A stretch of DNA of 64,000 nucleotides from an uncultured Verrucomicrobiae bacterium (GTDB lineage Bacteria; Verrucomicrobiota; Verrucomicrobiia; Limisphaerales; UBA11358): positions 194,433-258,432 of the forward strand of contig CAWHAH010000002.1 of NCBI GenBank assembly GCA_963827205.1, read 5' to 3'. Shown one piece after another: positions 43,746 to 52,194 of this stretch. The translations under genes were made by a program, and so were the position numbers. Position 1 is the stretch's first letter, and each line of letters starts with the position of its first letter. The notes beneath the pieces were generated by a model. That model did not search any database. It saw only the letters and a program-made list of their open reading frames with translations, and was not told the origin of the DNA.

Positions 43746-44129
43746 ATGACTTCCCCAAATACGCTCATCGAAGTCACCGACAGTTCATTTGATGAACAGG
43801 TCATTCAATCCAAGACACCGGTTTTCCTGGCGTTTTGCGCCGACGGCTGTCCCGCCAGCCAAAGGCTTTTGGCGATGTTGGCGAGTGCGGTTCCGCGTTG
43901 CCGTGGCTTGGTAACATTTGCGAAAGCCAGCCCCGCCAAAGCTCCCGGACTGGGCGCCCAACTCGGTGTCGCGTCAGCCCCCAGCCTCCTGTTATTGCGT
44001 GGTGGCGCAGTCAGTTTCCAATTTGTCGGCGATTTGTCCCCGCGCGAGTTGGACGATTTGCTGGCTCACGCCGCTGGAGAAAATTTCATGAACCATAACC
44101 ATGCTATAACTGCCAAGCCATGCTCCTGA
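43746..44129 (+). CDS. thioredoxin-fold protein with atypical CxxxC site
   Basis: PVFLAFCADGCPAS replaces WCGPC; C-terminal LLLLRGG..FVG is Trx-like. Confidence 0.55.
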   Translation: MTSPNTLIEVTDSSFDEQVIQSKTPVFLAFCADGCPASQRLLAMLASAVPRCRGLVTFAKASPAKAPGLGAQLGVASAPSLLLLRGGAVSFQFVGDLSPRELDDLLAHAAGENFMNHNHAITAKPCS

Positions 44130-44542
44130 AAATTGCCATCCCGGTGCTCGATGGCCAGTTGCTCAGCCATTTGGGGGAAACCAGACATTTCGCGTTGGTG
44201 GACGCGGATTCCGGAAACCGCGTCATGTTCCGCACGCAAATCGTCGCCGCGCCGCCGCACGAACCGGGTTCGTTCCCGCGCTGGTTGCGCGAACAGGGCG
44301 TTCAAGTTCTCATTGCCGCCCGCAACGGCAGTGGCCAGCGCGCGCTCGACAATTTGGTTCATCACGGCATTGAGGTGCGCGCCGGGCGGCCCGGTTTGCC
44401 GGTTGCAGCACTCGTGGTCGCCTGTTTGGCAGGACAGTTGCCTCCGATACGGGAAGGCTGCGATCACCGGCACGATTCAACCGCCGGGAAGCACGAGTGC
44501 CAACTCGCCGGCTACTTGAAGGGACAAACGTCCGTTCGCTGA
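44120..44542 (+). CDS. NifB/NifX-family protein 3
   Basis: MLLKIAIPVLDGQL...FPRWLREQGVQVLIA parallels protein 2 (FPRWLREQGANVIIV). Confidence 0.75.
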   Translation: MLLKIAIPVLDGQLLSHLGETRHFALVDADSGNRVMFRTQIVAAPPHEPGSFPRWLREQGVQVLIAARNGSGQRALDNLVHHGIEVRAGRPGLPVAALVVACLAGQLPPIREGCDHRHDSTAGKHECQLAGYLKGQTSVR

Positions 44543-44626
44543 ACCCGCCGCTATGAGATTCGTCAGCGCTATTTTGGTTGGCTTGCCACCGGTGAAAACA
44601 GTCGGCGAGCCGGCATGGGACAGATT

Positions 44627-45427
44627 ATGAGCATGAATTTGAGCGCCTGCGAGTTGTTGGAAAAGGTGCGCCGGGTCAGCCCAGTGGTGCATCACTTGAC
44701 CAACTGGGTGACGATTTACGATTGCGCCCAAATCGTTAAAACCCTTGGCGCGTCACCCATCATGGCCCATGCGCCGGAGGAAGCAGCCGAGATGGCCGGG
44801 ATTGCCTCGGCACTCGTGCTCAATATAGGGACGTTGACCGTCGGCATGGTGGAAGCGATGAAGCTGGCAGCGGCCCGCGCGAATCAGAAGGGCATCCCGG
44901 TGGTTCTGGACGTGTGCGGCGCGGGCGCCACGGAATTCCGCGACCGCAAGGCGTTTGAGCTGCTGGATCAGGCCAAAATCAACATCATCAAGGGAAACAC
45001 TTCCGAAATTGCCCGCGTCAGCGGAGCCAAAATCCGAACCAAAGGCGTTGATGCCACTGAAGTCACGGCGGATTTGGAGACGCTGGCTCAAGCACTTGCC
45101 GTTCGCCGCCAAACCACGGTAGTGATCACGGGCCAAGTGGACATTGTGGCCGATGAGCAAGGAATTTATCGCGTCAAAAACGGGGATGCACTGATGACGC
45201 GCGTCGTTGGCACGGGCTGCATGGCCACGTCCATCATCGGCGCTTTCGCCGCCGTTGAGCCTGATTGCAGCAAAGCCGCCGCCTGCGGTTTGGCCTGTTA
45301 CGGGATTGCGGCTGAACTGGCCGCGAAAAAATCGCGCGGCCCGGCGTCATTCAAAGCCGCGTTGTTTGACTGCCTCTACAACCTTGACCCGCCAACCATC
45401 GAAAGGATGCAGCGCATCGAATCATGA
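44627..45427 (+). CDS. thiM: hydroxyethylthiazole kinase
   Basis: VHHLTNWVT, GASPIMA, NIGTL and VVGTGC motifs; ATG 44615 is an alternative start. Confidence 0.85.
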   Translation: MSMNLSACELLEKVRRVSPVVHHLTNWVTIYDCAQIVKTLGASPIMAHAPEEAAEMAGIASALVLNIGTLTVGMVEAMKLAAARANQKGIPVVLDVCGAGATEFRDRKAFELLDQAKINIIKGNTSEIARVSGAKIRTKGVDATEVTADLETLAQALAVRRQTTVVITGQVDIVADEQGIYRVKNGDALMTRVVGTGCMATSIIGAFAAVEPDCSKAAACGLACYGIAAELAAKKSRGPASFKAALFDCLYNLDPPTIERMQRIES

Positions 45428-45915
45428 AGGAGGTATCCGCATTGACCAGCCATTTGCGAGAGCAGATGTGCAAAGTCACTGGCCCGCGTCTGGCGATTCT
45501 GAAAATTCTGCGGCAACATCCGCATCCGCTCGCAAACCGGGACATTCTCTGCCTTCTGCCCAAGGGTCTGTGCGACTTGGCTACGATTTACCGCACGTTG
45601 CATCTGCTGGAGAGAATGGGCATGGTGAAGCGGTTTGATTTCAGTGATGGCGTGGCGCGGTATGAATTGCTGGGCGAGGGCGACGACGGTCATCATCATC
45701 ACCTGGTTTGCACGCACTGCGGCAAGGTGGTTAGAATTGAAGAATGTTTCGTGCGGGAAATGGAAGCCCGTATTGCCGCCGCCAGCGGTTTCGCCGCCGT
45801 GACGCACAAGTTGGAATTTTTCGGGCTATGTCCGCGTTGCCAACTGAAATGGCCGTCATGCCGAAAAGACGTAAGAGGTGAGAAAAACGCTTGCGCGAGA
45901 ATTAGCCAGGACTGA
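45424..45915 (+). CDS. Fur-family metalloregulator (Fur/Zur/PerR; subtype not resolvable)
   Basis: 163-aa ORF; wHTH TIYRTLHLLERMGMV, HHHHLVCTHCG and CPRC Zn site; ATGA overlap with thiM. Confidence 0.85.
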   Translation: MKEVSALTSHLREQMCKVTGPRLAILKILRQHPHPLANRDILCLLPKGLCDLATIYRTLHLLERMGMVKRFDFSDGVARYELLGEGDDGHHHHLVCTHCGKVVRIEECFVREMEARIAAASGFAAVTHKLEFFGLCPRCQLKWPSCRKDVRGEKNACARISQD

Positions 45916-45971
45916 AAACCCTGGCACTTATCCCGGCCGACACATTCCGTAGCCGACTAAAGGGCCATCTT

Positions 45972-45999
45972 GTAACTTTTCCCACCCACGGGGCTCAAT
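45972..45999 (+). promoter_or_regulatory. ECF-type promoter P1 (GTAACTT-N13-GGCTCAAT)
   Basis: 11 nt upstream of ATG 46011; same boxes and spacing as the other four sites. Confidence 0.6.
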
Positions 46000-46010
46000 T
46001 AAGACATAAC

Positions 46011-46169
46011 ATGGAAAGCTTAATCTGGATTTTGGCAGGCGCACTGATAGTCATCAGTGTCTGGCCGGCACAATGCGTCAGTCAATGGTGGCGGTTGTTT
46101 ACGATCCTTGTTGGTGGATCCTTGGTTGTGTCGGGCTTCACTGGCTTTTGTCCGGTGAAGAGTTTTTAA
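46011..46169 (+). CDS. DUF2892 (YgaP-like TM domain) mini-protein, 52 aa
   Basis: Not in the ORF track (under 60 aa); read by hand as MESLIWILAGAL...VVSGFTGFCPVKSF. The GF(T)GFCP motif is typical of DUF2892. Confidence 0.6.
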   Translation: MESLIWILAGALIVISVWPAQCVSQWWRLFTILVGGSLVVSGFTGFCPVKSF

Positions 46170-46193
46170 AGAAAATGCTTGGCGAAAAGGAGG

Positions 46194-46745
46194 ATGATCG
46201 TGAAGTCATTGATGATTAGTGTGCTGATTGGCGGCGGATTGGGAGCGCTGCTCGGCCATTTCGGCAAATGTTCGTCCGGGACTTGTCCGCTGACTTCGAC
46301 GTGGTGGCGCGGTGCCATTTACGGGGCATTGTTGGGCGGCTTGTTTTATTATGTCTCCAGCGGAAGCAGTCCCGCTTCCCTGAATAAATCCACGGCGAAC
46401 GTGAAACTCATCACGGAAGGCCAGTTTGACGCGGAAGTCATCCAGTCGCCTTCGCCCGTCGTGGCGGATTTTTACGCGCCATGGTGTGGGCCATGCAAAA
46501 TCCTGTCGCCCATGCTGGATGAACTGGCGGGAACGCTGACCAATAAAATCAAATTCGTCAAAATCAACGTGGACGAGGCACCCCGGTTGGCACAACGCTT
46601 CAATATTCAGGGCATTCCCACGCTCTTGTTTTTCAAGCACGGCAAGGTCATGGATAGTTTGGTCGGATTACCTCCGGCTGATACGTTGAAAACGCGACTG
46701 GAATCCTTTGCGGGACCAGACACTCCTGCCAAAAACTCTGGTTGA
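46194..46745 (+). CDS. thioredoxin with N-terminal DUF6132-like membrane module (GxCxxGxCPLTS)
   Basis: WCGPC thioredoxin C-domain. The N-domain is homologous to the stand-alone 52007..52174 product. An aaggagg SD favours ATG 46194 or GTG 46200. Confidence 0.8.
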   Translation: MIVKSLMISVLIGGGLGALLGHFGKCSSGTCPLTSTWWRGAIYGALLGGLFYYVSSGSSPASLNKSTANVKLITEGQFDAEVIQSPSPVVADFYAPWCGPCKILSPMLDELAGTLTNKIKFVKINVDEAPRLAQRFNIQGIPTLLFFKHGKVMDSLVGLPPADTLKTRLESFAGPDTPAKNSG

Positions 46746-46802
46746 ATGGCAAGAACCGGGTAAAGTCAGCGTGCCGTTGGTGCAGCCAGCACCGCGGCTG
46801 TT

Positions 46803-47267
46803 ATGAGCAGCAATTTCATCCAACGCGGCGGGCTGTGGGTCGCAGGCCAGAGCGGGCTTCTGTTCGCGGTTATTATTCTCGGCGTGGTCTTCCACGGCGG
46901 CGGAAAGAACCTTCCGATCATGGCCTGCGGCGCGGGTTTTTTCGCGATAGCCCTTGGCTGCGGCCTCGCGGGTGCCGTTGCGTTGGGCCGCAACCTTACC
47001 CCTTTTCCCAAACCATTCACGCACACGCAATTGGTTCAAGGCGGCATCTACGGTCTGATGCGCCACCCGCTTTACACCGCGGTGTTTTGTGGATCGGTCG
47101 GCTGGGCGCTGGTCTGGCAAAGCTGGCCGGCCTTGGTCACTTCATTGGCGCTGGGTGCGTTCTTCGACGCCAAGGCCCGACACGAAGAGCGTTGGTTGCG
47201 GCAGCAATTCCCCGATTATGACGGTTACGCGCAAAAAGTTTGTCGTTTCATTCCCTGGGTTTATTGA
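46803..47267 (+). CDS. isoprenylcysteine carboxyl methyltransferase (ICMT/PEMT)-family membrane methyltransferase
   Basis: 154-aa ORF; GGIYGLMRHPLYTAVF and HEERWLRQQFPDY signatures. Confidence 0.75.
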   Translation: MSSNFIQRGGLWVAGQSGLLFAVIILGVVFHGGGKNLPIMACGAGFFAIALGCGLAGAVALGRNLTPFPKPFTHTQLVQGGIYGLMRHPLYTAVFCGSVGWALVWQSWPALVTSLALGAFFDAKARHEERWLRQQFPDYDGYAQKVCRFIPWVY

Positions 47268-47307
47268 TGGTGCGCGGAGTTGAATTGTCCGGCGGGCCAG
47301 ATGGCTT

Positions 47308-47335
47308 GTAACTTTTCGGAGTCTGGCGGCTCGGA
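47308..47335 (+). promoter_or_regulatory. ECF-type promoter P2 (GTAACTT-N13-GGCTCGGA)
   Basis: 39 nt upstream of ATG 47375. Confidence 0.5.
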
Positions 47336-47374
47336 ATACAGTGAAGCGCCCATGAAAAACGAAGAATAAAACTT

Positions 47375-48268
47375 ATGAAAACACCAACGGCCTTTCATCC
47401 CGCCAGCATTCTCTGCCCCGTAGATTTCAGCGAGCTTTCCGATCTCGCCTTGAAATATGCCGCCGCTGGCGCGCGGGTGTTTGACGCCACGCTCGTGGTG
47501 TTTCACTCGGCGCGGTTCGAGTTGCCTGCCTACTTCACCAGTGCGCAGTCGGAGGCGTTGAAGCGACAACATCGGGAGCAACAAAAGCACGTGAAAGACT
47601 TCCTGCGTCGCCACGCCCGGAAAGTGCTCGGCCAGGCAGCCAGCCGGATTCACCTTCAGTTCGACACGAACGACACGCATCCGGTGGACGCCACCCTGGC
47701 CGCCGCCAGGAAGAGCAAGGCTGGCTTGATTGTGATGGGCACACATGGCCGTGATGGCGCCAAGCGGCTCTGGCTTGGCTCGGTCGCAGAAAATGTGGTC
47801 CGTCAGGCGGATGTCCCGGTATTTATCGTGCGGCAGAAACAGCACGAATTAATCAACCCCTCTGATCCGCAGTCCGCTCCCGGTTTGGCAACCATTCTGT
47901 GCCCGGTCAATTTCAGCGAAACGTCGCGTTCTGCCCTTTGGCACGCCGTGTCCCTGGTCCAACAGTTCAAAGCGCGGTTGATCACCCCGTGCGTCATTGA
48001 ACCCGACGATGAACGGGGTCTTGCCGAAGCCAAACGTGAATTGGCCGCGTGGCTGGATGAAACAACCGCCGGAAAGTGTGATGCTCAAATCGTGACGAAG
48101 CGAGGGCAGGCCGCCGAACAAATCGTGTTGCTTGCGGCCAAAACGAAAGCCGATCTGGTGGTCATGGGCGCACAACGCCGCGCTTCACTTCAGACCTGGC
48201 TTTCAGGTGACACCACGGAATCGGTACTGCGTCACGCCCCGGCCCCGGTGCTCGTCGTGCCGCATTGA
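47375..48268 (+). CDS. tandem universal stress protein (2x UspA domain)
   Basis: 297-aa ORF; two repeats each ending ..GSV(A/T)E.V.R.A..PV..V. Confidence 0.85.
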   Translation: MKTPTAFHPASILCPVDFSELSDLALKYAAAGARVFDATLVVFHSARFELPAYFTSAQSEALKRQHREQQKHVKDFLRRHARKVLGQAASRIHLQFDTNDTHPVDATLAAARKSKAGLIVMGTHGRDGAKRLWLGSVAENVVRQADVPVFIVRQKQHELINPSDPQSAPGLATILCPVNFSETSRSALWHAVSLVQQFKARLITPCVIEPDDERGLAEAKRELAAWLDETTAGKCDAQIVTKRGQAAEQIVLLAAKTKADLVVMGAQRRASLQTWLSGDTTESVLRHAPAPVLVVPH

Positions 48269-48333
48269 ACTCATGTTCGGTTTGACAACCCGAAGAAAGA
48301 ACCGGCAGCAGGCGTGATGCGGTGAATCAGTTT

Positions 48334-49266
48334 TCATGCAGCCGCGCCCGGCGGACGGGGAGTTCGCGCGTTCAACACCTCCAGAAATTTTGCCAGCGCC
48401 GGGCTTTGGCTCCGACCGCGGATGCGCTGCAAATGGAGCGGACGCTGGATGGTCAAATCTTTAAGCGGGAGGGTGCTCAAAGAGCCGGCCTGCAATTCCA
48501 AGGCGACAATCAGTCGCGACACAATGGCGATGCCGGCTCCGGCGGCGACCAGATTCTTGATTGCTTCCGGGCTGGCGAGCGACAGCAGCGGCTTGATCTT
48601 GAGGCCATGCCGGCGCAAGGCCCGCTCCACCACCGCGCGCGTGCCGGAACCTTCCTCGCGCAAAATAAACGGCTCGCGGCAAATTTCCCGGACGGTCACG
48701 CGGCGTTTTTTGAGCAGCGGATGGCCGGCGGGCGCGATGGCCACCAATTCGTCCTTGAAAAACACCGTGGATTCCAGTTCCTCGGATTCCACCGGCCCCT
48801 CGGTCATGCCCAGTTCAATCGTGCCGGCCAGCAACGCTTTCTGAATGTGCCCGGTGTTGGCCATTTCGATTTGCAATTCGATTTCGGGAAACCTCCGGTG
48901 AAACTCCGCGAGCACGCCGGGCAGCAGATAGCCGCCAATCGTCAGGCTCGCGCCGATGGCCAGCCGTCCGCGTTTCAAGCCGCGATACTCCTCAATCGCC
49001 CGCGCCGCGTCGTTTTCCAGCGAGCGCCAGCGTTGCGCGTAGTCCGCCAGGATTTTTCCCGCCTCGGTCAGCCGGCAGCCGCGCGGCAGGCGTTCCAGCA
49101 GGCGCACGCCCAGCGCGTCCTCCAATTCGGCGATTTGTTTGGACACCGCCGGCTGGCTCACGCGCGCCGCCTCGGCGCCGCGACTGATCCCGCCAGCTTG
49201 GGCAACCACGTGAAACAAGGCCAGATGATTTCGATTCATGGCATAATTATAAAGTATGGCTGGCAT
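48334..49266 (-). CDS. LysR-family transcriptional regulator
   Basis: 310-aa ORF; N-terminal HTH LALFHVVAQAGGISRGAEAARVSQPAVSKQI; divergent from the rhodanese-DUF2892 gene. Confidence 0.9.
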   Translation of the reverse strand: MPAILYNYAMNRNHLALFHVVAQAGGISRGAEAARVSQPAVSKQIAELEDALGVRLLERLPRGCRLTEAGKILADYAQRWRSLENDAARAIEEYRGLKRGRLAIGASLTIGGYLLPGVLAEFHRRFPEIELQIEMANTGHIQKALLAGTIELGMTEGPVESEELESTVFFKDELVAIAPAGHPLLKKRRVTVREICREPFILREEGSGTRAVVERALRRHGLKIKPLLSLASPEAIKNLVAAGAGIAIVSRLIVALELQAGSLSTLPLKDLTIQRPLHLQRIRGRSQSPALAKFLEVLNARTPRPPGAAA

Positions 49267-49317
49267 ATAAACAATGTATTTGTGCTATGTATAAGACCGG
49301 CTACCTTTGACCGCAAT

Positions 49318-49905
49318 ATGAAGGTTTCACTTACGATCAACGCCAACAACGTGACGCCGCACGAACTCTACGAACTGCTCGACGAAAACGCCGATGTCGA
49401 GCTGCTCGATGTCCGCACCCCCGGCGAACACGCCGCCGCCCATGTGCCGGGCGCAAGGCTCCTGCCGCTCGACGATCTCCACCCGCCGGCCTTTTTGAAT
49501 CAGCGACGCGCGCCGGAGAAACCCATTTATGTGATTTGCCAGACTACCCGGCGTGCGCGCAAAGCCATCAAAAAATTTCAGAGCGCGGGTTTTGACCGCT
49601 GCGTGCTGGTCGAAGGCGGGACGCAGGCGTGGCTGGCCGCCGGCCTGCCGGTGAATCGCGGCGCCAGCACGGTGCTGCCGCTGATGCGCCAGGTGCATAT
49701 CGCCGTCGGCCTGATTTCCGGCACGGGTGCGGTGCTGGCGCTCACGGTGAATCCGCATTTTGCATTCGTGCCGCTGTTCACGGGCTACGGATTGCTGGTG
49801 GCAGGCTTGACTGGTTTCTGCGGACTGGCACTGTTGCTGGCCAAAATGCCGTGGAACCGTTTGGGCAAGGCGCGCGCCAATGCCGGCTGTGAACCGAAAC
49901 GCTGA
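49318..49905 (+). CDS. rhodanese fused to DUF2892 membrane domain (YgaP-like sulfurtransferase)
   Basis: 195 aa from ATG 49318; active loop CQTTRR; C-terminal LVAGLTGFCGLA. Confidence 0.8.
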   Translation: MKVSLTINANNVTPHELYELLDENADVELLDVRTPGEHAAAHVPGARLLPLDDLHPPAFLNQRRAPEKPIYVICQTTRRARKAIKKFQSAGFDRCVLVEGGTQAWLAAGLPVNRGASTVLPLMRQVHIAVGLISGTGAVLALTVNPHFAFVPLFTGYGLLVAGLTGFCGLALLLAKMPWNRLGKARANAGCEPKR

Positions 49906-49944
49906 CAATTCCAAGCAATCGCGTTTCGTCGCGCCATTGAATTT

Positions 49945-50700
49945 ATGTTCAGCCTTGCGCTTGTTTTGGCGGCGTTGATCGGTCTTTCGCTGGGACTGCT
50001 CGGCAGCGGTGGCTCGATCATCACCCTGCCGGTGCTCGTTTATGTCGCAAAAGTCCCCGCGCAACAAGCTGTCGGCATGTCGCTGGTCATCGTGGGCGGC
50101 ACGAGCGCGCTTGGCACGCTGCTCAATTTGCGGCAAGGCGCTTTCGATTGGCGGGCGGGGGCGTTCTTTTCCGTGAGCGGAATGGCCGGCGCATTCGTCG
50201 GCGCAAAATTCACCCATCTGGTTTCCGCGCCGATGCTGATGTTTCTCTTTGGCGCGCTGATGCTCGTCGTCGGCATCCGGCTGTTGCGAAAAGGCGAGGT
50301 GAAGGCGGCGGCGCAGGAATGTCGTCCATTGCGCTGTCTCGCGGTCGGCATCGCCGTGGGCGTGCTGACGGGATTTCTCGGCGTTGGCGGCGGGTTTCTC
50401 ATTTTGCCCGCGCTCGTTTTGTTTGCCGGGCTGGAAATGAAGCCGGCCATCGGCACGTCGCTGGCCATCATCGCCATTAATTGCGTTGGTGGTCTGGTCG
50501 GCCAACTGCGCTATGCAAACTTTGACTGGCGACTCACGCTCGGATTTCTGCTGGTGGCGATGGCGGGAATGATTGCCGGTGCGGCGCTCACAAAAAAATT
50601 ATCCGCCGCCGTCTTGCGGCAGGGCTTCGCCTGGTGTGTGGTGCTGCTGGGCGTCGCGCTGGTCGCGTGGAACTGGCTGGCTTTGATCGGCGCGCGTTAA
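49945..50700 (+). CDS. TauE/SafE-family sulfite/organosulfonate exporter
   Basis: 251-aa ORF, 7-8 TM helices, two GxGGG(F/S) repeats (GSGGSIITLPVLVY, GVGGGFLILP). Confidence 0.85.
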   Translation: MFSLALVLAALIGLSLGLLGSGGSIITLPVLVYVAKVPAQQAVGMSLVIVGGTSALGTLLNLRQGAFDWRAGAFFSVSGMAGAFVGAKFTHLVSAPMLMFLFGALMLVVGIRLLRKGEVKAAAQECRPLRCLAVGIAVGVLTGFLGVGGGFLILPALVLFAGLEMKPAIGTSLAIIAINCVGGLVGQLRYANFDWRLTLGFLLVAMAGMIAGAALTKKLSAAVLRQGFAWCVVLLGVALVAWNWLALIGAR

Positions 50701-50736
50701 GTCCTTCAGAAGGCGCCGACACGCGTTCACAGTCTA

Positions 50737-50764
50737 GTAACTTTCTCGGCCCTCCCGGCTCAAT
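50737..50764 (+). promoter_or_regulatory. ECF-type promoter P3 (GTAACTT-N13-GGCTCAAT)
   Basis: 17 nt upstream of the 50782 start. Confidence 0.55.
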
Positions 50765-50781
50765 ACAATCGAAGCGACAAA

Positions 50782-51468
50782 TTGCTCGCAGCCATGAAAT
50801 CAATTCGTCCACTTTTGTGGTTTTTGTGGATGGCCGCAGTGCTGGCTTTGAAGGCGGCTGATCCGGCGGTTCAATCGCCGCCAGTTGATTCGCTGTCCCC
50901 AATCTTGTCCGCACCGGAACCTTCACGTGCCGACATCTGGCAGGGCGGAATTGGCGAGGGATTTCGATCCACAACGCAGACCATAAACTTCATTGCCGGG
51001 GCCAGTCAGGGGGTGGCCGCTTTCGGCAGCCGACTTCAGCATGACCTCGTCCTGGTCAGCCTTTCCTATGGTCATATGTTCGGTCCGGTGAGGGGCGAGG
51101 GCCACTGGTATCGCGGAAATTGGGAATGGCGCGGGGAGCTTTTCACCGGCGCCGAATTCTCGCCCGGCACGACTTGGGGCGTGGGGCTGACGCCGCATCT
51201 GCGCTATGATTTCGCCACCGGCACACGCTGGATTCCGTTTGCCGACATCGGCGCGGGTGTGACGGCGACCGGCGAGCGCCCGCCGGATTTGGGCGGCGCG
51301 TTTGAATTCAATCTCCAGGCCGCCACGGGCGTGCAATGGTTTATTCGGGACAACGTGGCCGTAACGGTTGAAGCTCGCTACCTGCACGTGTCCAGCGCCA
51401 GCATCTACACGCCAAACTTGGGCTTAAACACCATTGCCGGACTGGTCGGCGTCACGTGGTTTTTTTAA
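50782..51468 (+). CDS. acyloxyacyl hydrolase / PagL-like outer-membrane beta-barrel (lipid A deacylase family)
   Basis: 228-aa ORF with signal peptide, alternating beta pattern, terminal VGVTWFF, and HVSSA (His..Ser) motif near the C-terminus. Confidence 0.65.
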   Translation: MLAAMKSIRPLLWFLWMAAVLALKAADPAVQSPPVDSLSPILSAPEPSRADIWQGGIGEGFRSTTQTINFIAGASQGVAAFGSRLQHDLVLVSLSYGHMFGPVRGEGHWYRGNWEWRGELFTGAEFSPGTTWGVGLTPHLRYDFATGTRWIPFADIGAGVTATGERPPDLGGAFEFNLQAATGVQWFIRDNVAVTVEARYLHVSSASIYTPNLGLNTIAGLVGVTWFF

Positions 51469-51589
51469 CGTGGAAAGCTTGCCCTTCCGCCCTGTTCCGG
51501 TTCCCACTGCCGGCTTCCGCGTTTTATCGCAGCCGGGGAAGAAGAGATGCCCAACCTTTTCAAGCCGGTTTAGCTCGCGCACATACTGT

Positions 51590-51617
51590 GTAACTTTTCC
51601 GGCTCTCGCGGTTCAGT
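51590..51617 (+). promoter_or_regulatory. ECF-type promoter P4 (GTAACTT-N13-GGTTCAGT)
   Basis: 13 nt upstream of the trxA ATG at 51631. Confidence 0.55.
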
Positions 51618-51630
51618 AAAAATAGCAACG

Positions 51631-51987
51631 ATGGAATCTGCCATGAAAAACATCATCGAACTGACGGAAAAAAGTTTTGAAACAGAAGTGTTGAAAGCCA
51701 CCGGCCCGGTGCTGGTGGATTTTTACGCGCCGTGGTGCGGGCCGTGTAAAATGCTCGCGCCATTGCTTGAACAACTGGCGGGAGAATTCGCCGGCAAGGT
51801 GAAGTTCGTGAAGTTGAACGTGGACGATGCGCCGGAATTGTCTGCCGACCACGAGATTACCGGGGTACCGACGCTGATGTTGTTTTGCGGCGGCAAGGTG
51901 GTTGACCAAGTTGTGGGGTTCCCCGGGCCACGTCTGCTTAAAGCGTGGCTGGACAAAGCGGTCGGCCCGGCAGTTTCAACCAAATGA
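51631..51987 (+). CDS. trxA: thioredoxin
   Basis: 118-aa ORF; canonical VDFYAPWCGPCKMLAP and GVPTLMLF. Confidence 0.9.
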   Translation: MESAMKNIIELTEKSFETEVLKATGPVLVDFYAPWCGPCKMLAPLLEQLAGEFAGKVKFVKLNVDDAPELSADHEITGVPTLMLFCGGKVVDQVVGFPGPRLLKAWLDKAVGPAVSTK

Positions 51988-52006
51988 TCCAATGAAAGGA
52001 AGGACC

Positions 52007-52174
52007 ATGATCTTGCGTATTCTCATCGGAGCAATAGTTGGAGCCGGACTCGGTTTCGGCTGGTATAAACTCGTGGGTTGTCCCACCGGTGCCTGTCCGC
52101 TCACCAGTCATCCTGTCATCACTATGATTTATGGCGCGGTTTTTGGCGTGCTGGTTACGGCCAGTTTTCACTAA
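52007..52174 (+). CDS. DUF6132-like membrane mini-protein (GCPTGACPLTS)
   Basis: 55 aa from ATG 52007 (ggaagg SD); homologous to the N-domain of 46194..46745. Confidence 0.6.
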   Translation: MILRILIGAIVGAGLGFGWYKLVGCPTGACPLTSHPVITMIYGAVFGVLVTASFH

Positions 52175-52194
52175 AAATCCAAAACGCAAACTAT

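Noticed and set aside
44543-44626. Possible TPP riboswitch upstream of thiM.
   Set aside because: The 84-nt gap lacks the conserved CUGAGA and ACCUGAUCUGGAUAAUGCCAGCG-type elements. thiM appears to be simply co-transcribed with the upstream genes.
45922-45937. Sigma-54-like TGGCACttatcCCGGC after the Fur-family gene.
   Set aside because: The critical -12 GC is replaced by GG. It sits just upstream of the better-supported ECF-type promoter P1.
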